Below are positions 42,838 through 49,201 of a stretch of DNA of 49,201 bases, piece after piece. Each line of letters opens with the position of its first letter. Position 1 is the first letter of the stretch. The notes beneath the pieces are model-generated. The model had not been told where the DNA came from. It did not search any database and saw only the letters and a program-made list of their open reading frames with translations. Made by a program: the position numbers and the translations under genes. The DNA is from Gaiellaceae bacterium (GTDB lineage Bacteria; Actinomycetota; Thermoleophilia; Gaiellales; Gaiellaceae), in assembly GCA_050697935.1 (NCBI GenBank), contig JBOHAY010000054.1, positions 1-49,201 of the forward strand, in the 5' to 3' direction.

Positions 42838-43703
42838 CCGTATGACTTGCGGGCCCGGTTCCACGGGTCCCCATCCCAGCGGATCAGGTCCGGGTCGATG
42901 CCGCGAGCCTCGGCCAGATCGCAGGTGAGTCGCTGGAAGCGGACGATGTCGACGACCGGGTGACTCGTCGGCACGAATGTGGCGTCACAGCCCAGCTCGT
43001 CGAGCGCCCGCATCACATCGCCGGCCCGCTCCGCGGCGCGGCCCTCTCCCTCGAGCACGAAGCAGCGAACCGAGTCGTCGACGGCGGCGAGGTGCCCGTG
43101 CAGAAGCTGCTCGGTGTGGTGTACCTCGGCGGCCACGTGCGCGCCTTCGCGGAGCTTGAGAACGGCCTCGAGTACGGTTGGTGCATCGCCTCCCGCGCCG
43201 GCGATGACGAAGCGATCGTGCTCGGACGCGCCGAGCGCAGCGGCCGAGAGCTCGCGTTCGACCGCATCCGGAAGCCCGCTTACATCCTCGCCTCGCAGCA
43301 CGCGCCCCGCCGCGACGGCGCACATGTAGCTCACGGTGTGGCAGTAGCTCTTCTCGACCTCGGGCGTCGCAACGACCACGTGATCGACAGCGCGGGCGAT
43401 CGGACCCTCAGGTGCTCCCGTGATCAGCCACTTCTCGCCTGCGAAGGCCTGCACCGCCTCCAGCGTCAGGGCGGTCTCTCCCTCGTGGCTCACAGCCACA
43501 AGGACGTCTGCCGGTGGAGCATTCCCCAGCACGACCTCGAGCGCTTGTGCTGCCGGCCCGCATGCGAGCGCTGCGTGGTAGGAGGTCCCACAGCCGGTGA
43601 AGAGAGCGCCGTCGGGCAACCGCAGGTCTCCGACCCGATCAGGGACCTGGCGTAGCCACTCGGGCTGTGCGGCGATGGCCTTTCGGGTCAACTGTCCGGG
43701 CAC
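42834..43703 (-). CDS. SIS domain sugar-phosphate isomerase/aminotransferase-like protein
   Basis: 289 aa. AIAAQPEWL, FTGCGTSYHAAL, VAVSHEGET. Confidence 0.7.
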   Translation of the reverse strand: MPGQLTRKAIAAQPEWLRQVPDRVGDLRLPDGALFTGCGTSYHAALACGPAAQALEVVLGNAPPADVLVAVSHEGETALTLEAVQAFAGEKWLITGAPEGPIARAVDHVVVATPEVEKSYCHTVSYMCAVAAGRVLRGEDVSGLPDAVERELSAAALGASEHDRFVIAGAGGDAPTVLEAVLKLREGAHVAAEVHHTEQLLHGHLAAVDDSVRCFVLEGEGRAAERAGDVMRALDELGCDATFVPTSHPVVDIVRFQRLTCDLAEARGIDPDLIRWDGDPWNRARKSYG

Positions 43704-43729
43704 GAGTGCTGTCTATACCATCGCCGGCT

Positions 43730-44998
43730 GTGGCTGTCTTCGAGAAGCAGACCCTCGGCAACGGCATTCGCGTCGTCACCGCACCGATGCCGCAAGTCGG
43801 GTCGGTGTCGTGTTTCGTGACTCTCGCTGCGGGTTCGCGCTACGAAACTCCCGATTCCAAGGGGATCGCGCACTTTGCCGAGCACATGTTCTTCAAGGGC
43901 ACCGAACGTCGCCCCACGGCTCGCACGATAGCGACCGAGATCGACGCGATCGGCGGCGAGTTCAATGCATTCACGGGCAAGGAGCTCACGGGCTACTACG
44001 TGCGCTGCGGCTCCGAGACGCGCGACGTGGCGCTCGACGTGCTCTCGGACATGCTCCTCCACTCTCGGTTCGACTTGGCGGAGATCGAGAAGGAGAAGGG
44101 CGTGATCCTCGAGGAAATGAACGTGTACCTCGATACGCCGCAGCGCTACGTCGGCACCGTGTACGACGAGCTGCTCTACGCCGACCAGCCGCTCGGCTGG
44201 GACGTCCTCGGTACCAAGGAGACGATCGAGGCCGCGACGCGCGATACGTTCACCTCGTATCTGGACGCCTGGTATCGGCCCGAGCGGATCGTCGTGGGCG
44301 TCGGCGGGAAGATCGGCGAGGGACTTTCGAACCGCCTCGAGGAGTTGCTGAGCAGCATCGAGACGAAGGAGACAGGCACCGCGGCGCCGGTCGCGCTCCC
44401 TCCGGATACCTCTCCCGTCGCGCTGCACACGAAGTCGTCGGAGCAGGCGCATCTCATTCTCGGCGTGCGGGGATATCCGATCGGTCACCCGAATCGCTAT
44501 GCGCTGCAGCTCCTCGCGGTCGTGCTCGGAGGCGGCATGTCGTCGCGGCTATTCACCGAGGTTCGTGAGAAGCGAGGGCTCGCGTACTACGTTCACGCGT
44601 CGCACAGCGCGTACACCGACGTGGGAACTTTCTACTCGGGAGCCGGGGTCGACGTCGACCGGGTCGACGAGGCGATCACAACCATCCTCGGAGAGTTGCG
44701 CAAAATCGCCGCGGAGCCTGTCCCGGTGGAAGAGCTGGAGAAGGCGCGCGGTTATGCGAAGGGACGCTTCGTCCTCAGGCTCGAGAGCCCGCAGGGAACG
44801 ATCCAGTACGGGCTCCGCCGAGAGGTGCTCGAGGGGGCGATCGAGGAGCCGGACGAGCTTCTGCGGCGCATCGACGAGGTCACCGTCGAAGACGTGCAGC
44901 GCGTCGCGCGCGACCTCTTCGAGGACAAGCGGCTGTACCTGGCGCTCGTCGGCCCCTTCGACGATCCCACTCGCTTCGAGAAGCTGCTCGCCGCCTAG
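43730..44998 (+). CDS. M16 family zinc peptidase (pitrilysin-like)
   Basis: NGIRVVT, GIAHFAEHMFFKGT (HxxEH), EKGVILEE. The start is placed at the GTG at 43730 (alternatives 43706 and 43667, which would overlap the divergent SIS gene). Confidence 0.8.
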   Translation: MAVFEKQTLGNGIRVVTAPMPQVGSVSCFVTLAAGSRYETPDSKGIAHFAEHMFFKGTERRPTARTIATEIDAIGGEFNAFTGKELTGYYVRCGSETRDVALDVLSDMLLHSRFDLAEIEKEKGVILEEMNVYLDTPQRYVGTVYDELLYADQPLGWDVLGTKETIEAATRDTFTSYLDAWYRPERIVVGVGGKIGEGLSNRLEELLSSIETKETGTAAPVALPPDTSPVALHTKSSEQAHLILGVRGYPIGHPNRYALQLLAVVLGGGMSSRLFTEVREKRGLAYYVHASHSAYTDVGTFYSGAGVDVDRVDEAITTILGELRKIAAEPVPVEELEKARGYAKGRFVLRLESPQGTIQYGLRREVLEGAIEEPDELLRRIDEVTVEDVQRVARDLFEDKRLYLALVGPFDDPTRFEKLLAA

Positions 44999-45864
44999 CT
45001 CTTCGTCGTCACGGTCAGAGTCGCGATCCGCGCCTCGTCGCGCACGATCGGGAACTGGATCTCGGTCACCCAGTCGGCCGGATCGAGGACTTCCTGCGGG
45101 TCCGACCAGTACACCTCGCGCGGCTCCCCTGCCATGGTCAGCCCCTCTTCTTCGACCAGGGCCTGGAGCGCTCGGTACGAGCGATCGAGCTCGTTGTAGT
45201 GCCCTCGGTGCTCATACGCGAGCATCGTGCACGCCGGGAGTGTCGCGGCTTCGATCCGGCCACACCCGGGCACGTCGCGATCGGTCGTCCAGGCGTTCTG
45301 CACGTCGACCATCCCCTCCTCGTCGGCGTAGGGACAGATCGTTGTCGGCGGGCCAACCGGCTCGAGACCGCGCTCGTGGAGGTACTTCGCGATTTGCTCG
45401 AAGGCGGCTGGGATCACCTCGCTCAGCTTCTCTTGTGCTGCTCGCTCCCGGATGACCAGGACCGGCTGCGCGGGAACCTCCTTGATCTCGATCTCATCAC
45501 GGATGTCGACCAGCTTGGGCACGAGCTCCTCCTCTCCTTCGATCAGTCGTTGCAGGGTGGCCAGGATCTGCTCGGTCGTGGCCGCGAGCTCGGCCATCTT
45601 CGCTCGGTGCTGGACGAGCCGGGCACGCGTGAAGGACGGATCGTCGGCGTCGACGATCTCGCGAATCTCGTCGAGAGCCACCTCGAGGAAGCGCAGTCGT
45701 CGGATCGCAGCGGCGTCGGTGAGCTGATCCGTCGTGTAGTAGCGGTAACCCGTCTCCGGATCGGTATACGCGGCCTGCAGGAGTCCGAGCTCACCGTAAT
45801 GACGGACGGCGCGGACGGTGAACCCGCTGAGTCGCGCGAAGCGCCCGATCGCGAGCAGTTCCAT
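44995..45864 (-). CDS. MerR family regulator with a GyrI-like effector-binding domain (BmrR-like)
   Basis: 289 aa. IGRFARLSGFTVRAVRHYGELGLL...TGYRYY, coiled-coil linker, then a C-terminal GyrI-like fold (EIKEVPAQPVLVIRE...EVYWSDP). Confidence 0.8.
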   Translation of the reverse strand: MELLAIGRFARLSGFTVRAVRHYGELGLLQAAYTDPETGYRYYTTDQLTDAAAIRRLRFLEVALDEIREIVDADDPSFTRARLVQHRAKMAELAATTEQILATLQRLIEGEEELVPKLVDIRDEIEIKEVPAQPVLVIRERAAQEKLSEVIPAAFEQIAKYLHERGLEPVGPPTTICPYADEEGMVDVQNAWTTDRDVPGCGRIEAATLPACTMLAYEHRGHYNELDRSYRALQALVEEEGLTMAGEPREVYWSDPQEVLDPADWVTEIQFPIVRDEARIATLTVTTKS

Positions 45865-45958
45865 CGGTGCGAGCCTACGGTCTCACGCTGCGGAAGAGTC
45901 AAGGGCCGTCGTACTCGCGTTGGCCCCGACTCGTGGTCCGGGGGCTAGGCTGGAGCTC

Positions 45959-46747
45959 GTGGCGTACGTCACAGCAAACGGGATCCGCCTGTACTACGAG
46001 GAGCGCGGCTCGGGAGCGCCGATTCTGGGCGTCCACGGCGCGGGGAGCTCGGCGGTCTTCTGGGAAGACGCCGCCGACGAGCTGTCCGGGCTCGGCCGCG
46101 TGATCATCTACGACCGTCGCGGCTCATGGCGGAGCGATCGTCCCGAGCCGTACGAGACCACGTCGGTGCAGGAGCATGCCGAGGACGCACGTGCGCTCAT
46201 GCATGAACTCGACGCCGAGCCGGCGATCCTGATCGGCCGCAGCTACGGCGGTACGGTGGCGCTCGACCTCGCACTCCGTCATCCGCACTCGGTTCTAGCG
46301 CTCGCCCTCCTCGAGGCCGGCCCGATGGGGCTGGCGCCCGAGTACGACGCCTGGTTCACATCCGTCTACGCGAAGCTCGAGGAGCTTGCTGGAGCGGGCC
46401 GGATCGACGCGATCGGGGAGGCGGTGCTCCGCGATGTGTTCGGTGCGTGGGAGGAGTTGCCGGAGGCGTATCGCGAGATCTTCACCGCGAACGGCGCGGC
46501 GCTCCTCGCCGAGGTGAGAGGAGGGGAGCGCACCGACAACTCCCTGCTCCACGGGCTGAAGGCGCCGACTCTCATCGTGACTGCCGAAGACTCACCCCCA
46601 CCGCTCCAGCACGGGAGCGAAGCGCTGGAACGCGCCCTCCCGCAGGCGCGAACGGCCCGCGTGCGAGGTGGCCACGCGATAGATCCGGCCGGTCCCGATG
46701 TGCTGGCGTTCGTCTCGGACGTCCTTGCACTCGTAGCGCGGCCGTAG
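45959..46747 (+). CDS. Alpha/beta hydrolase
   Basis: The GTG at 45959 is within track ORF 45818..46747. NGIRLYYEERGSGAPILGVHGAG, YDRRGSWRSD, LIGRSYGG (GxSxG). Confidence 0.75.
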   Translation: MAYVTANGIRLYYEERGSGAPILGVHGAGSSAVFWEDAADELSGLGRVIIYDRRGSWRSDRPEPYETTSVQEHAEDARALMHELDAEPAILIGRSYGGTVALDLALRHPHSVLALALLEAGPMGLAPEYDAWFTSVYAKLEELAGAGRIDAIGEAVLRDVFGAWEELPEAYREIFTANGAALLAEVRGGERTDNSLLHGLKAPTLIVTAEDSPPPLQHGSEALERALPQARTARVRGGHAIDPAGPDVLAFVSDVLALVARP

Positions 46748-46757
46748 ACTCGCGCGG

Positions 46758-48143
46758 GTGACCGACGAACGCGAGCTCTTGCGTCGAACAGCGGAGATCG
46801 CAGCCGACTTCCTCGACACGCTGGACAAGCGCCCGGTACGGCCGGAAGCGTCCGTCGAGGAGATGCGGCATGCGCTCGGCGGCCCGTTGCAAGTGCAGCC
46901 CCGTGATCCACGCCGGGTGATCGATGAGCTTTCTCGTGCTGCCGAACCAGGACTCGCGGCGATGGGCAGCGGACGCTACTTCGGCTTCGTCATCGGCGGT
47001 GCGGTGCCTGCCGCTCTCGCCGCGGACATGTTGACCTGTGCCTGGGATCAGAACGCAGCGCTCGCCCTGCCCACGCCCGCGGCGGCGGTCGTGGAGGAGG
47101 TCGTGGGCGCGTGGCTCGCCGACCTGCTCGGCATCCCCGAGGACGCAACGTTCGCGCTCGTCACCGGCTGCCAGATGGCGCATGCGACCTGCCTTGCGAC
47201 GGCCCGAAACCATGTGCTGGCGCAGGTGGGGCATGACGTCGAGCGTCACGGGCTCGTAGGCGCGCCCACGATTCGCGTCGTCGCGGGCGCCAAGCGGCAC
47301 GGGACGCTCGACCGCGCGCTGCGGCTCCTCGGGATCGGCACCGCCGCCCTGCAGGAGGTGCCGGTCGACGACCAGGGGCGGATGCTTACTCATGCTCTGC
47401 TGGAAGAGCTCCGCGCCGGGAGCGACGGCCCGACCATCGTGTGCGTGCAGGCCGGCGAGGTCAACACCGGCGCGTTCGATGATCTCGAGGCGGCGGCTGA
47501 TGCCACGCGGGACGCAGGCGGATGGCTGCACGTGGACGGCGCTTTCGGTCTCTGGGCGGCAGCGTCGCCCACGCTCCGTCACCTCACCGCGGGCGCCGAG
47601 CGGGCGAACTCCTGGGCGACGGACGCTCACAAGTGGCTCAATGTCCCGTTCGACTGCGGCGTCGCCTTCTGCGCGCATCCCGAGCCGCACCGAGCGGCGA
47701 TGGGAATCCGGTCCGTCTATCTCGTCCACGCAGAGCCCGGAGCGGGGCGTGACCCGGTCGACTGGAACCCCGAGCACTCTCGACGAGCACGAGGATTCGC
47801 GGTGTATGCGGCTCTCCGCTCGTTAGGACGTGACGGAGTAGCGGAGCTCATCGACCGCTGTTGCGCGCACGCACGTCGGTTCGCCGCCGAACTGGGCGAG
47901 CTTCCTGGCTGCGAGGTGCTGAACGACGTCGTCCTCAACCAGGTACTCCTGCGTTTCGAAGACGACGAGACGACCGACGCAGTCGTCGCCGCAGTGCAGC
48001 AGAGCGGCGAGGCCTGGCTCGGTGGAACCGTCTGGGACGGGCGCCGTGCGATCCGGATCTCTGTGTGCAACTGGCGGACGAGCGACGACGACGTCACACG
48101 CACCGTCGGCGCGTTCAAGCGCGCGATCGCCGTCGTCCGGTAG
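46758..48143 (+). CDS. Group II pyridoxal-dependent decarboxylase
   Basis: 461 aa. TGCQMAHATCL, HVDGAFG, TDAHKWLNVPFDCG (PLP Lys). Confidence 0.8.
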   Translation: MTDERELLRRTAEIAADFLDTLDKRPVRPEASVEEMRHALGGPLQVQPRDPRRVIDELSRAAEPGLAAMGSGRYFGFVIGGAVPAALAADMLTCAWDQNAALALPTPAAAVVEEVVGAWLADLLGIPEDATFALVTGCQMAHATCLATARNHVLAQVGHDVERHGLVGAPTIRVVAGAKRHGTLDRALRLLGIGTAALQEVPVDDQGRMLTHALLEELRAGSDGPTIVCVQAGEVNTGAFDDLEAAADATRDAGGWLHVDGAFGLWAAASPTLRHLTAGAERANSWATDAHKWLNVPFDCGVAFCAHPEPHRAAMGIRSVYLVHAEPGAGRDPVDWNPEHSRRARGFAVYAALRSLGRDGVAELIDRCCAHARRFAAELGELPGCEVLNDVVLNQVLLRFEDDETTDAVVAAVQQSGEAWLGGTVWDGRRAIRISVCNWRTSDDDVTRTVGAFKRAIAVVR

Positions 48144-48145
48144 TT

Positions 48146-49201
48146 CTACTCCTCGGACGGCTGAGCGACGGCCCGATCCGCGATTTCGGCGACGACGGCC
48201 GGGTCGGCCAACGTCGTCGTGTCACCCAGAGGCCGTTCTTCTGCGACGTCCCGCAACAACCGCCTCATGATCTTTCCCGAGCGCGTCTTCGGTAGCTCGG
48301 GCGTGAAGACGATGTTCGCCGGCTTCGCGATCGGCCCGATCTTCATCGCAACGTGGTTCCGAAGCTCCTCGAGCCGCTCGACGGAGCCTTCTTCGGCGCC
48401 CTTCAGAGTCACGAACGCGACGATCGCCTGGCCCGTCAACGCGTCGTTACGTCCGCACACGGCGGCCTCGGCCACGCTGGGATGATCCACGAGCGCCGAC
48501 TCGACCTCGATGGTCGATATGCGGTGTCCCGAAACGTTCATCACGTCGTCGACTCGGCCGAGGAGCCAGAAGTCGCCGTCCTCGTCGATCCGCGCGCCGT
48601 CCCCGGCGAAGTACACCCCTGGGAAGCGTTCCCAGTAGGTCGCCCGGTAGCGAGCGTCGTCGCCGTAGATCCCGCGCAGCATCGCGGGCCACGGCCTCTT
48701 CAAGACGAGGTAGCCACCTCCACCGGGCCCGACCTCCTCGCCCCGGTCGTTGACGACCGCGGCCTCGATGCCAGGGAACGGCTTCGTCGCGGAGCCCGGC
48801 TTCGTCGTCGTGACTCCGGGCAGCGGCGTGATCAGGATCATCCCGGTCTCGGTCTGCCACCACGTGTCGACGATGGGTACATCCTCGCGACCGATGTGCT
48901 CGCGGTACCACATCCACGCCTCCGGATTGATCGGCTCGCCGACGGTTCCGAGGAGCCGCAGCGAGGAGAGATCGCGCTTCGCCGCGTGCTCCGGCCCCCA
49001 CTTCATGTGCGCGCGGATCGCCGTCGGAGCGGTGTAGAGGATCGTGACGCCGTGCCGTTCGATCAGGTCCCAGAACCGGTCGCGCGCCGGCGTGTCGGGC
49101 GCTCCCTCGTACATCAGGCACGTCGCGCCGTTCGCCAGCGGACCGTAGACGACGTACGAATGCCCCGTGACCCAGCCGATGTCGGCCGTGCACCAGTAGA
49201 C
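48146..49201 (-). CDS. acs: Acetyl-CoA synthetase (AMP-forming); 5' end outside the window
   Basis: The frame stays open to 49201. My own translation gives [36 protein letters not shown]...[10 protein letters not shown]...WWQTETG...[23 protein letters not shown]...[11 protein letters not shown]. Confidence 0.92.
   Translation of the reverse strand, partial: VYWCTADIGWVTGHSYVVYGPLANGATCLMYEGAPDTPARDRFWDLIERHGVTILYTAPTAIRAHMKWGPEHAAKRDLSSLRLLGTVGEPINPEAWMWYREHIGREDVPIVDTWWQTETGMILITPLPGVTTTKPGSATKPFPGIEAAVVNDRGEEVGPGGGGYLVLKRPWPAMLRGIYGDDARYRATYWERFPGVYFAGDGARIDEDGDFWLLGRVDDVMNVSGHRISTIEVESALVDHPSVAEAAVCGRNDALTGQAIVAFVTLKGAEEGSVERLEELRNHVAMKIGPIAKPANIVFTPELPKTRSGKIMRRLLRDVAEERPLGDTTTLADPAVVAEIADRAVAQPSEE

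Noticed and set aside
41320-42864. 514-aa minus-strand ORF antisense to the class V PLP enzyme and DUF3052 genes
   Set aside because: Same reasoning: it is antisense to two genes with recognisable family motifs, and its composition is Arg/Glu/Pro-rich and low-complexity.

Overview
This is a 49.2-kb, very GC-rich, densely coding chromosomal segment. I support about 49 CDS and found no rRNA, tRNA, CRISPR array, transposase or integrase by eye. Gene content and synteny look actinobacterial; a more precise taxon would be a guess. All family calls come from motif recognition in the translated ORFs, since no searches could be run. Many long ORFs in the supplied track are out-of-frame or antisense artefacts of the high GC content. 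Several true starts were re-placed, and two edge-truncated genes (YceI at the left edge, Acs at the right) were added by hand.

Layout, left to right:
- 1-5.1 kb, housekeeping genes: yceI-like, marR, dcd, a DUF4015-like glycosidase, pdxH and gabT.
- 5.3-13.2 kb: a minus-strand, stop/start-overlapping cell-wall signalling operon, fhaA-fhaB-pstP-rodA-pbpA-pknB-ddl. It has no pknA.
- 13.3-14.9 kb: a second Ser/Thr kinase directly upstream of that operon, carrying an unusual 8-9 helix membrane domain.
- 15.0-16.7 kb: a divergent pair, a CARDB-like membrane protein and a DUF4446 protein.
- 16.8-17.3 kb: an HNH protein.
- 17.4-24.5 kb: argCJBD-argR-argGH, without argF, with TGCAT-type repeats at both promoters.
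- 24.6-34.6 kb, an amine/polyamine island: a Rieske oxygenase divergent from a tetR-potA-amine oxidase-amine oxidase operon with a perfect palindromic operator, then potD-potB-potC on the opposite strand followed by a LipJ-like alpha/beta-fold + class III cyclase.
- 34.7-40.2 kb, an acyl-CoA module: ADP-forming CoA ligase, thioesterase, FadH-like reductase and an acyl-CoA dehydrogenase.
- 40.2-49.2 kb: mug, an OsmC / VC1184-type PLP enzyme / DUF3052 triad, SIS, an M16 peptidase, MerR, a hydrolase, a PLP decarboxylase and acs.

I see no recognisable defence or mobile system. The best candidates for something undescribed are:
- the split-transporter amine island with its pseudo-hydrolase cyclase;
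- the polytopic kinase / CARDB / DUF4446 module beside the division operon;
- a rare-codon palindromic insert inside the FadH-like gene;
- a mug gene with no canonical start codon, coupled to a 62-aa upstream ORF.

All of these are hypotheses that need database and transcript checks.
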